This document shows, in pieces, positions 1 through 8,560 of a stretch of 64,000 bases of DNA. This stretch comes from Candidatus Cloacimonadota bacterium. Lineage in GTDB: Bacteria > Cloacimonadota > Cloacimonadia > G963667145. The notes beneath the pieces were generated by a model that was given only the letters and a program-made list of their open reading frames with translations, did not search any database and had not been told where the DNA came from. The first letter of the stretch is position 1. Each line of letters opens with the position of its first letter. A program made the translations under genes and the position numbers. The DNA lies in NCBI GenBank assembly GCA_963676615.1, contig OY781092.1, forward strand, positions 608,001 to 672,000, read 5' to 3'.

Positions 1-726
1 AAAAGCGGGGGTGAAGCCGAATTTTTTGTAGATTGGAGCGGCTTTATCGCTTCTCAAAAAGTCGAAAAAACCTTTGCCCACTGGCGATAACAGCGAAATG
101 GTATAAGTGATTTCTGGCGAAAATTTGGCAGGAATTTCGTAGGCGATTTTGATGTTTTTTCCGACCAAAGCGTCGGTTTTGTAAACGATGCCGCAATCTG
201 TGCTGCCAGACTCCACCATGCTCATCGCCGCTCGCACATCCACCGCTCCAGCCAGTTTTTGTTCCAGCGCTTTGTAGATTTTTGCGTTTTGCAAACTTTT
301 TTTGGCGTAGATTCCTGCCGGCACATGCGAGACATCTCCAGTGGCGATTTTTTCGCATTTGGCAAGGTCTTGCAAATTTTTGATAACTAGCTTGGAGTCC
401 GCCGGAACGATGACCACCAGCGAGTTGTGCAGCAAAATTTTGCAATCTGCGGGGCTAACTTTTTCTTTTTGAATAAGATACTGACTCCACTTTGGATTTG
501 CACTGAGGAAAATATCGGCTTCCATCCCTTTTTCGATTTGCTTTGCGCAGACGGAACTGGAGGCGAAATTTAGCTGAAATTGGACGCCATTTTCTTCTGC
601 ATATTTTTCGCTTAACTCGGTCAAAACATCTGTCAAACTGGCGGCGCTGGAAACTTTTATTTTAGAATTTTTGGCGTTGCAGGCAAAAATTGTTGCTACC
701 AAAAAAAAGATAAAGATTTTTTTCAT
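1..726 (-). CDS. modA: Molybdate ABC transporter substrate-binding lipoprotein ModA (3' end runs off the window)
   Basis: Not in the ORF track because it lacks a stop. Manual translation from ATG 726: MKKIFIFFLVATIFAC (lipobox) ...SSAASLTDVL...NFASSSVCAKQIEKGMEADIFLSAN...; at the window edge it reads FLRSDKAAPIYKKFGF. It abuts the modE stop codon. Confidence 0.9.
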   Translation of the reverse strand, partial: MKKIFIFFLVATIFACNAKNSKIKVSSAASLTDVLTELSEKYAEENGVQFQLNFASSSVCAKQIEKGMEADIFLSANPKWSQYLIQKEKVSPADCKILLHNSLVVIVPADSKLVIKNLQDLAKCEKIATGDVSHVPAGIYAKKSLQNAKIYKALEQKLAGAVDVRAAMSMVESGSTDCGIVYKTDALVGKNIKIAYEIPAKFSPEITYTISLLSPVGKGFFDFLRSDKAAPIYKKFGFTPAF

Positions 727-1104
727 TTATAATTTCTCCATTTTTTCAAAATTTTCTATCTCATTTTTGAACCAATAAAAAAACTTTTGCGAGTTCTCTT
801 TTAAATCTTGGCTCATTTTTTCGTAGGCGGTGATGTATCGTTTTGCAAAAGGTGTCAGGACGCTACCGCCTCGTTCTATTCCGCCTTTGTGGCTTTGCAA
901 AAACGGCTGACCTGTCACCGACTCCACGCGCCTGACCATTTTGTTGGCTTTGGAATACGAAAGGTGCATACTCTCGGCGGCTTTTTTTAGTGATTTGTGC
1001 TGCTGCACAGCTCGCATTAGCCAAACAATTCCGATGCCCATAAACGGTTTGTTTTCTTGATCCAAAAGCGCAATTTTGATTTGAATGTTTTTTTCTTCTT
1101 TCAT
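727..1104 (-). CDS. modE: ModE-family winged-HTH regulator (N-terminal domain only, no MOP domains)
   Basis: FMGIGIVWLMRAVQQHKSLKKAAESMHLSYSKA...KGGIERGGSVLTPFA is a ModE N-terminal signature; lies next to modA and moeA. Confidence 0.85.
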   Translation of the reverse strand: MKEEKNIQIKIALLDQENKPFMGIGIVWLMRAVQQHKSLKKAAESMHLSYSKANKMVRRVESVTGQPFLQSHKGGIERGGSVLTPFAKRYITAYEKMSQDLKENSQKFFYWFKNEIENFEKMEKL

Positions 1105-1230
1105 AAATCCTCGAAGTATTTGCGAAAAAATATCGAAAATTTGTCAAACAATTTTTTAGTTCAATTTTCTGCTTGGCAAAAAATATTGGCAGCGAACTCT
1201 GGCGAATGAGTTTGAATTTTGGAGAACGGT

Positions 1231-2406
1231 ATGAATTTTGTAACGACGCAAGAGGCTTGGAGGCTGATAGATAGCTATATCACGGCGAAGTTGCCGACGG
1301 AGGAAGTCTTTCTGGGCGACTCTTTAGGACGAATTTTGGTGGAGGATGTTTTTGCTCCGTTTGATGAGCCCGCTTTTGATAAAGCGCTGAAAGACGGGTA
1401 TGCCTATAATAGCCAAGATTTACAGCCCGAAGTGGTGGCTGTGCAGCGCGCTGGCGAAGATTTGGGCAGAAGCTATGCAAAAGGCGAGTGTGTCAAGATA
1501 ATGACTGGAGCGGTTGTGCCCAAAGAGTTTGATGCGCTTGTGCCTGTGGAAGATGCAAAAATTGTTGAGAACCGCCTGCAAATAACGGCAAAGGTCGCTC
1601 AAAATATTTGCTATCAAGGTGAATATCTGCTCAAAGGGGCAAAAATTTTGGCGAAGAACGAAAAAATTACTCCGCAAATTGTAGGGATTTTGGCTTCTGT
1701 TGGCAAAAAAAAAGCGCAAGTTTTTCGCAAGCCAAAGGTGGGGGTTTTGGTGACGGGTGATGAGCTGGTGGAGAGTTTTTCGCAACTGGAACAAGGCAAA
1801 AAGTTTGATAGCAACAGCCCGATGTTAGCTTTGCAGATAGCCGAGCTGGGGGCAGAGCCGATCGAATATCGCGTGGTTGCCGACACTTTGCAAGAGACGA
1901 CGGACGCTATCGAAAAAGCTGTCAGGGAGTGCGATTTGGTGCTTTCTTCGGGCGGTGCGTCTATGGGCGATTACGATTATATTCCCAAAGCGCTGGAAAA
2001 TTTGCAGGCAAAATTTGAGTTCAAAAAGATAAAGTTTAAGCCGGGCAAACCAACTTTTTTTGCGACGGTAAAAGGGACGCCATATTTTGCATTGCCAGGA
2101 AATCCTGTTTCCAGCTTTGTAGTTTTTAACCTTTTTGTGACTCGACTCATTAAAAAAATGTTGGCGCAAGATTCGCAACCCAAATCTTTTCTGTTGCCGA
2201 TGGGTAAACGCTTTGTCCGCAGCATCGATTTGGATAGGCAGGAGTATCGACCAGCGAATATTGTCGATGGCAAAATCGAAGTGGCGGATTTCGTCAACTC
2301 TGGGCATTTGCAGGCTCTAGCTGGCGCCCAAGGCTTGGTGGAGATTCCTGCAGGACAAAAAGAACTCCCATCAGGCTCAAAGCAAAGGTTTTGTTGGTTT
2401 GTATAA
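1231..2406 (+). CDS. moeA: Molybdopterin molybdotransferase MoeA
   Basis: GRILVEDV, PAFDKALKDGYA, KIMTGAVVP, TGDELV, DSNSPML, SSGGASMGDYD, KPGKP, LPGNPVS. ATG at 1231 preferred as start. Confidence 0.95.
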   Translation: MNFVTTQEAWRLIDSYITAKLPTEEVFLGDSLGRILVEDVFAPFDEPAFDKALKDGYAYNSQDLQPEVVAVQRAGEDLGRSYAKGECVKIMTGAVVPKEFDALVPVEDAKIVENRLQITAKVAQNICYQGEYLLKGAKILAKNEKITPQIVGILASVGKKKAQVFRKPKVGVLVTGDELVESFSQLEQGKKFDSNSPMLALQIAELGAEPIEYRVVADTLQETTDAIEKAVRECDLVLSSGGASMGDYDYIPKALENLQAKFEFKKIKFKPGKPTFFATVKGTPYFALPGNPVSSFVVFNLFVTRLIKKMLAQDSQPKSFLLPMGKRFVRSIDLDRQEYRPANIVDGKIEVADFVNSGHLQALAGAQGLVEIPAGQKELPSGSKQRFCWFV

Positions 2407-2439
2407 TCGTTTTTATAGACAGCTTTTCGCAAATAATGC

Positions 2440-2467
2440 TTGACAAAGACCTAAAGTGTTAGATACT
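2440..2467 (+). promoter_or_regulatory. Putative sigma70-type promoter for the lipoprotein pair
   Basis: TTGACA (2440-2445), 16 nt, GATACT (2462-2467); AGGAGG RBS before ATG 2498. Confidence 0.5.
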
Positions 2468-2497
2468 ACTAGCAAATAATGAAATTAGGAGGGAAAA

Positions 2498-3409
2498 ATG
2501 AGAAAGTTTTATTTATTTTTCATTTTTAGTTTGTTGGCGCTAGTGTTTGTGGGGTGCGAATCTTCGAGCAGTTCTTCGAATACGGGAGATGTGAATTTTG
2601 AGCTTGATAAGGAGGCTGTTCCATCGAGTAGTATTAGTTTGGCTATCTCTACAAGCGATGTCTCTGCAACTTTGACAGATTTGAGGGTGTCCTTTACAGG
2701 ACCGCAAAGTGGAACTGAGGTTTTGCCATTGGGAACAGCAGGCGGTGACTATTTTGTTAATAGGGCGCTGTCTTTGGTGGAGGGAGATTATACTCTTACC
2801 GCTTTTGAGCTTTTGGACGGTAATGGAGATGTTATTTTGCTCTCTCCAGATAAATATTCCGAAATTGCTCAAACTTTCAGCCCTGAGAAGAGAAATAACA
2901 ATATGGTTGATAAAGATTTCACGATTGTCGCAGGGGAGATCGCCCCTCTCACGATGCTTGTGGTTACAAAAGATTCTACAAAGCCAATTAGTGAATATGG
3001 TTACAAAATCTTTGACTTCGATTTGGCAAAGTTCGATTTTCTTGATTTGTCGGGATATTGTATTGCCGAAGATTCGGTTGCTGTTGTTGCGACTCTAAAA
3101 GCTTTTGGTGGCGACTACACATTTGAGGTAACAAAAAATCTTGTGTTTTATAGCGCAAGAGAAACAGGCGGAGTTTCTACAGAAAATCTTGTTATGTTTA
3201 GCAACGATTACGACTCTTTGAATGTAAAGTTAACATATAATAGTAGTTTTGCAGAAAAGACATTTACTCAAGATTCGATCGCAAGTTTGATTTATGCCGA
3301 CGGAACAAAAATCTATCCGACAAAAGTGAGAATAGACGCCAGTGGAAACCCAGTCTTTGATTGGGACGCTGATAACGATGGTAAAGATGATTTAATCAAC
3401 CATAACTAA
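2498..3409 (+). CDS. Hypothetical lipoprotein with Ser-rich linker and C-terminal DxDxDG Ca-binding-like motif
   Basis: Signal peptide ending in LVFVGC, then ESSSSSS; C-terminal DWDADNDGKDD; strong RBS. Confidence 0.8.
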   Translation: MRKFYLFFIFSLLALVFVGCESSSSSSNTGDVNFELDKEAVPSSSISLAISTSDVSATLTDLRVSFTGPQSGTEVLPLGTAGGDYFVNRALSLVEGDYTLTAFELLDGNGDVILLSPDKYSEIAQTFSPEKRNNNMVDKDFTIVAGEIAPLTMLVVTKDSTKPISEYGYKIFDFDLAKFDFLDLSGYCIAEDSVAVVATLKAFGGDYTFEVTKNLVFYSARETGGVSTENLVMFSNDYDSLNVKLTYNSSFAEKTFTQDSIASLIYADGTKIYPTKVRIDASGNPVFDWDADNDGKDDLINHN

Positions 3410-3478
3410 AAGTAGATATGAGCTGTTTTAATTTTAAAAAGGAATTTTATTAAAAATTTTAAGGGTAAAGAAGGTAAT

Positions 3479-5500
3479 ATGAAAGTCAACAATAGAGCTA
3501 TTTATTTGGTGGTGATGTTGTTGGCTTTCTTTCTTTTTGTCAGTGGCTGTTTTTTGGACAATGTCACCCCGATGGTTAATGGGGAAGAGAGATATCCTGT
3601 CGATTTGAAGGCGGAACCCAAGACGAGTGTTCAAGCGAATTTTTCGATGTCTGTAGCAGGGAACTCTGTGTCACAGGAGCCAGCATATTTGATTATAACC
3701 GTTCGAAACAAAGAGTTAGCAGACGAGATAACCGATAGTTTGCCGATTATAAATTTTGGCGAAGAGTATATTTGCAACAAGGCGATGTTCCTCAAAGAGG
3801 GGCTTTATGACATTGAAAAATTTTGGATTTATAACGAAGATGGTGAAGTGATTTGGGTCGCAGTCAGTCACGAACTTCCTAATTTTTATGAGAGTTTTGT
3901 TAATAAAACTTTGCCGTCAGAGCTAGATGTGCGTGCTGGAGCGATTAACACGACAACTTTTGAAGTTGTTCCTGTTGATCAAGGGACACCTGCCAGTGAG
4001 TATGGCTATGCTGGTTTTAAGTTTTCGAACAATCTTTTTTATCTGAGATTGTTGGTTTTCGATCCTGAAAATCAAAAAACGGACGCTGTTTTAGATGTTA
4101 CCGTAGATGGCGTTAGGTCGGTTTACAATCTTATTGCCGGTCTAAATTCTATTCCTCTTAATCGAAGTTTGTTGGGGATAGTTTCGGTGAATGTTAATAA
4201 GCCCGGCTATCGTGATTTTATTCAAAACTATACCAAAGACGAACTGATGCTGCTGTTTGAGACAAGGGGAACTGTTGATGTGTTTTTGGTTAGCAGCTCA
4301 CAAGATCTTTTGGCACAAACCACGGAAGGGGAAAAACTGCGTAAATCTTGGTGGGACGAACTCAACTATTTTTGGCAGCAGATTTTTACCGAACTTGGAA
4401 ACGATGCGGGTTACACCAAAATTGACGACGATTTTTATATGTATATTTTGCAGCTAAAAGAGATTGACTTAACAGAAAAGGGATTAACAGATTTGAGCGG
4501 GCTTAAAAAACTGTTTTTGATGGAAAAGCTCAACATAAGTAAAAATCCTGAGATAACAACTTTGCAAGAGATACAATATCTTGCTTATTTGCAGGAGTTG
4601 AATGTGTCTTATACAAGTATTACAAATCTATCTGCTTTGGGCGTGTTGGACAATCTTACGAGATTGTCCTGTACAAATACATTTTTGGAAAACTGTGAAG
4701 AATTTATCAATTTTAAAAATTTAGTCTATTTCAATTCAGATAGCAGTCTTGTTTCAGATGTTTCTGGTTTGGGATGTTGTTACAATTTGGAAAGTCTTTC
4801 TATGCATTCAAATAGATTAACATCTATAACAGGATTGGAAAATTTAAATAATTTAAAGAGTATTGATTTAAGATATAACAAGATTGAATCTATAGCAGGA
4901 TTACCCACTAATCCTGAAAATATTAATTATTTGGGCTTAAGTGGAAATTGTTTAACAGAGTTAGATGGCATCCAAGGGTGCACAAATTTAACCACATTAA
5001 ATCTTGATAATAACCAATTAACAAATTTGGTTGGAATAGAAAATTTTAGAAAGTTGACAGAGATATATCTTCAGTATAATAAGCTTACCGATCTCTATGA
5101 TATGCCAACTCTTTCGACTACTGTGAATGTGTTTAGGGTAGACCATAATGAATTACAAGTTATTAGCGGCCTCAAAATTTCAAAAATAATAGAGTTTTAT
5201 TGTTACCAAAATAATATTTGGTATTTACAGGACATTTTTAAGTATACAAAAAAAATAGTTTTTAACGATAATCCAATTTATCTTAGCAATACTGAAGGGA
5301 AACTTAAATATGTAGAGGAAATATTTTGTTTAAATACACGCACCAGTCTTTATCATGCAAGAGATTTTGTGGAATATTATGGAAAATACGGCTATACAAA
5401 TATAGTATATTGGGCATCTGCAGAGGATGGAAAAGTTTATTATAAAAATGGTAAAGTAAAATATACGAGTAATTATGAAACGGGAGAGTTTGACGATTAG
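3479..5500 (+). CDS. Leucine-rich-repeat surface lipoprotein (internalin-like LRRs)
   Basis: Lipobox FVSGC; C-terminal half has ~22-aa LxxLxLxxNxLxxI repeats (LKSIDLRYNKIESI, LTTLNLDNNQLTNL). Confidence 0.85.
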   Translation: MKVNNRAIYLVVMLLAFFLFVSGCFLDNVTPMVNGEERYPVDLKAEPKTSVQANFSMSVAGNSVSQEPAYLIITVRNKELADEITDSLPIINFGEEYICNKAMFLKEGLYDIEKFWIYNEDGEVIWVAVSHELPNFYESFVNKTLPSELDVRAGAINTTTFEVVPVDQGTPASEYGYAGFKFSNNLFYLRLLVFDPENQKTDAVLDVTVDGVRSVYNLIAGLNSIPLNRSLLGIVSVNVNKPGYRDFIQNYTKDELMLLFETRGTVDVFLVSSSQDLLAQTTEGEKLRKSWWDELNYFWQQIFTELGNDAGYTKIDDDFYMYILQLKEIDLTEKGLTDLSGLKKLFLMEKLNISKNPEITTLQEIQYLAYLQELNVSYTSITNLSALGVLDNLTRLSCTNTFLENCEEFINFKNLVYFNSDSSLVSDVSGLGCCYNLESLSMHSNRLTSITGLENLNNLKSIDLRYNKIESIAGLPTNPENINYLGLSGNCLTELDGIQGCTNLTTLNLDNNQLTNLVGIENFRKLTEIYLQYNKLTDLYDMPTLSTTVNVFRVDHNELQVISGLKISKIIEFYCYQNNIWYLQDIFKYTKKIVFNDNPIYLSNTEGKLKYVEEIFCLNTRTSLYHARDFVEYYGKYGYTNIVYWASAEDGKVYYKNGKVKYTSNYETGEFDD

Positions 5501-5581
5501 ATAATCCGGTGTCTTCCGTTTTTCCGCATTTTCACTTTGGATTTTATTGACTAAAAAAGAGCAAACCATTTTGTTAACCGT

Positions 5582-6316
5582 ATGAAAATAAAAGAGATTG
5601 TTGAGCAGATTGGCAGGTTTGCACCGTGGGAAACGGCGTTGGAGTGGGACAATGTGGGGTTGCTCGTCGGTCGCAAAAATGATGAAGCGGACAAAGCGGT
5701 GGTTTGCCTTGATATCGACGAAAACGCTTTACAGACGGCTTTGGAGGTGGGAGCAGGGCTAATCGTTTCGCATCATCCGCTATTTATTCGACCGCTGGCG
5801 GCGATTACCGATCAGACGCTTTTGCAAATTGTGGAGCAGGGGATAGCGGTGATTTGCGTGCACACAAATTTGGACATCGCGCCAAAAGGCGTGAACTATG
5901 AGCTTGCCAATCTTTTGGGGCTGAAAAATTTTCAGCCGATTAGCCAGAGCGAGCCGATTGGTCTTATCGGAGAGGTGCAAAAGCAGAAGCTGAGCGAGTT
6001 TGCCACAAGTTGCAAAAATCTGCTAAAAGCCCCATTTGCAAAGGTTTACAAGTTGCAAGAGTTTGTGCAAACTGTGGCTGTTTGTGGCGGAAACGGTAGC
6101 TCTCTTTTGCAGATTTTGGACGGTAAAGCAGATGTTTTGGTCTCTTCTGATTTCAAATATCATCAGATTATCGATAGCAAAATTTCGCTGATAGATGTTG
6201 GGCATTATTGGAGCGAGCGAGTGGCGATAGAGATTTTGCAAAAAATTTTGGAAAAAATGGGCATTAAAACTTTTGTGCCAAAAACGCACAAAATAGAGAA
6301 ATTAGAGGTGTTATGA
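5582..6316 (+). CDS. Nif3/YbgI-family dinuclear metal protein (DUF34)
   Basis: WDNVGLLVG, IVSHHPLF, HTNLD, VAVCGGNG, DVGHYWSE. Confidence 0.92.
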   Translation: MKIKEIVEQIGRFAPWETALEWDNVGLLVGRKNDEADKAVVCLDIDENALQTALEVGAGLIVSHHPLFIRPLAAITDQTLLQIVEQGIAVICVHTNLDIAPKGVNYELANLLGLKNFQPISQSEPIGLIGEVQKQKLSEFATSCKNLLKAPFAKVYKLQEFVQTVAVCGGNGSSLLQILDGKADVLVSSDFKYHQIIDSKISLIDVGHYWSERVAIEILQKILEKMGIKTFVPKTHKIEKLEVL

Positions 6317-6600
6317 AAATGACTTTTAAAGATGTATCCCGCGGCGTTGTGGACGCGCGAGTGATCATCGAAGTTTGCCAGGGCGTATATATCAACGAGA
6401 TTTCGGTCTTGCGAAAAGACGGAAAATTGCAGGTGGAGTTTCCCCAAAAATCTTTTAAGGGCAGAGACGGTCGGATGCACTGGATGGACATTATGACTTT
6501 CCGCGACGACGACAAAAAAACGCTTTTTCAGATGGAAATTTTGGAACAGCACAAAATTTGGCGAGCGAAGAACAAAAAAGTTTTGGTGTATGAAACCTAG
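6313..6600 (+). CDS. Small SpoVG-like protein
   Basis: Pattern INEISVL.KDGKLQVEFPQK...DG...DI resembles SpoVG (IHDIKVI.G..GLFVAMPSR..DG.F.DI). Overlaps both neighbours. Confidence 0.55.
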   Translation: MKMTFKDVSRGVVDARVIIEVCQGVYINEISVLRKDGKLQVEFPQKSFKGRDGRMHWMDIMTFRDDDKKTLFQMEILEQHKIWRAKNKKVLVYET

Positions 6601-7783
6601 ACTTGTCGTTTTTGACGATAACGATTTCTGCACTAATTTAGCGCCTTTTTCTTGCGTTAGAGGCGCTGGAACGCTGCGCAGGGGCTGTTTTACGCAATCC
6701 CAGCGCATCAAAAAACTGTTTGCCGATTTTGCTGAATATTTCAATTCTGGCTCTCTTGCAAAAATCGAAGTTCCTTGCGGCGATTGGCTTTTTGTAAATT
6801 CTAGAGTTTCGCCAAAAGCGGAGCTGCTCCAAAAAATAAAAAAGTTGCCAGCGGGAACTTTTTTGTGCGAAAAAAAAACCGAAGCGGTGGTAGCTTTTCG
6901 CATCCAGACGCAAAGCAGCTATAAGTTTGCCATCCAAGATATGGCTGCGGGAAATTTGCAATTTTGCCAGTCGGCGCTTTATCTGCATTGGTGGGAGTTG
7001 GTTGCCGATAACGGCGAGCAAATCGACGAAGATTTTGCGGAATTTTTTAGCCAGCAAGACAGTTTTAGTGTGCCATCGCAGTTCACGACTCTGCTCAACC
7101 CTTACAGCGTGTGGCTTGGGAAAGATGTTCAGTTGGATGTTGGCGCGGTTTTGGACGCTCGTAAGGGAGCGATTGTAATCGAAGACGGCGCAAAAATCGG
7201 TTGCAGTGCTCTTTTGCAAGGTCCTTGTTTTGTGGGAGCTGGAGCAACCATCAATCCGTTCGTGCACATTAAAAACGGCTCAACCATCGGAAAAAGCTGC
7301 AAAGTTGGCGGCGAGGTGGACGGAGCGATTATCGACGATTTTTCCAACAAGCAGCACTACGGATTTATCGGCGAGAGCTATGTCGGCTCTTGGGTAAATT
7401 TGGGCGCAGGCACCACTTGCTCCGATCTGAAAAACAACTACTCAACGGTAAAAAGTTTTTCTGCCAGCGACGAAAAAATCGATACGCAACGCCAGTTTTT
7501 GGGATGTGCTGTGGGCGACTATGTCAGATTAGGCATCGGCTCGTTGATAAACACAGGTGCCTGCATTGGCGCGGGTTGCTGCCTCTATGGCTCGGAAATG
7601 ATTGACGGCAAAGTCGGTAATTTTCGATTTGGAAAAGTCGGAGCGGCTGGACTTTATGAGTTACCAAAATTTTTGCAAACACTAAAAATAATGAAAGCCA
7701 GACGAAATCAAGAAATTAGCGAAAACGAAGAGAAAAAAATAAACGAAATTTTTAGGAAAGAGTTGGATAATTATGTCGATTAA
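6590..7783 (+). CDS. GlmU-like putative sugar nucleotidyltransferase/acyltransferase with hexapeptide (LbH) repeats
   Basis: LDARKGAIVIEDGAKI, KVGGEV, SNKQHYGFIGESYVGSWVNLGAGTTCSDLKNNY, typical of FCB-group GlmU-like proteins. Confidence 0.85.
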   Translation: MKPRLVVFDDNDFCTNLAPFSCVRGAGTLRRGCFTQSQRIKKLFADFAEYFNSGSLAKIEVPCGDWLFVNSRVSPKAELLQKIKKLPAGTFLCEKKTEAVVAFRIQTQSSYKFAIQDMAAGNLQFCQSALYLHWWELVADNGEQIDEDFAEFFSQQDSFSVPSQFTTLLNPYSVWLGKDVQLDVGAVLDARKGAIVIEDGAKIGCSALLQGPCFVGAGATINPFVHIKNGSTIGKSCKVGGEVDGAIIDDFSNKQHYGFIGESYVGSWVNLGAGTTCSDLKNNYSTVKSFSASDEKIDTQRQFLGCAVGDYVRLGIGSLINTGACIGAGCCLYGSEMIDGKVGNFRFGKVGAAGLYELPKFLQTLKIMKARRNQEISENEEKKINEIFRKELDNYVD

Positions 7784-8558
7784 AGTTAAATTTAGAACGG
7801 GCAAAGAGCAGTTTTATAACACGCCAGATTTTGCGATTTCGCCTTTGCAGAGGGTGATTGTTGGGCTGGAATATGGCTACGATATTGCCACGGTGATTGC
7901 TATTGGCGAGGAGCCGAAAGTTAGGGAAGATTACAAAAAAATTTTGCGAGTGGCGGACGAAAAAGATTTGGCGAAATTGAAATCGCTGAAAGACGAAGAG
8001 CGGAAAGCGGAGGAGATCTACAACAAGACGATCACCAATCATTCGATTGAGATGAATCTTTTTTATGGCATTCAGCAGTTCGATGGGAAAAAGTTGCTGT
8101 TTTTGTTTACCTCCGAAAGTCGGGTCGATTTTCGCGATTTTGCCAAAGAACTTGCGACAATTTTTGGCAAGCGTATTGAGTTCATCCAAATCTCCTCTCG
8201 CGACAGAACCAAAAATATGGGAGGTGTGGGAGCTTGTGGCAGAGCGTATTGCTGCCACAAACATCTGCAAAAATTTCAGCCGATTTCGGTAAAAATGGTC
8301 AAGCAGCAAAATCTCTCGGGCAATTTATCGCAAATTTCTGGACCTTGCGGCAGGCTTTTGTGCTGTTTGGATTACGAAAAAGAGACTTATCAGGCTTACC
8401 CAAAAATCGGCTCCAAGCTGAAATACAAGGGCGAGCTTTACTTCGTGAATTTTAACGATATTTCCAAAGAGATGGTGCATCTGATGCCCGCCAAAAAAGA
8501 GCAAAAGCCTTTGGAATTGTCTTTGGAGAAGGTCAACAATATTTTAGCCAAAAAGTAA
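7773..8558 (+). CDS. PSP1-domain protein (RicT/YaaT-like)
   Basis: FTSESRVDFRDFAKELA, RIEFIQI, GGVGACGRAYCC, ISGPCGRLLCCLDYE. Confidence 0.92.
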   Translation: MSIKVKFRTGKEQFYNTPDFAISPLQRVIVGLEYGYDIATVIAIGEEPKVREDYKKILRVADEKDLAKLKSLKDEERKAEEIYNKTITNHSIEMNLFYGIQQFDGKKLLFLFTSESRVDFRDFAKELATIFGKRIEFIQISSRDRTKNMGGVGACGRAYCCHKHLQKFQPISVKMVKQQNLSGNLSQISGPCGRLLCCLDYEKETYQAYPKIGSKLKYKGELYFVNFNDISKEMVHLMPAKKEQKPLELSLEKVNNILAKK

Positions 8559-8560
8559 AA

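Noticed and set aside
44..445. 133-aa minus-strand ORF
   Set aside because: Alternative frame within modA.
1105..1230. ModE-binding box between modE and moeA
   Set aside because: Only a loose AAAAAATAT(C/T)G direct repeat; no canonical TATAT-N7-TAYAT palindrome.
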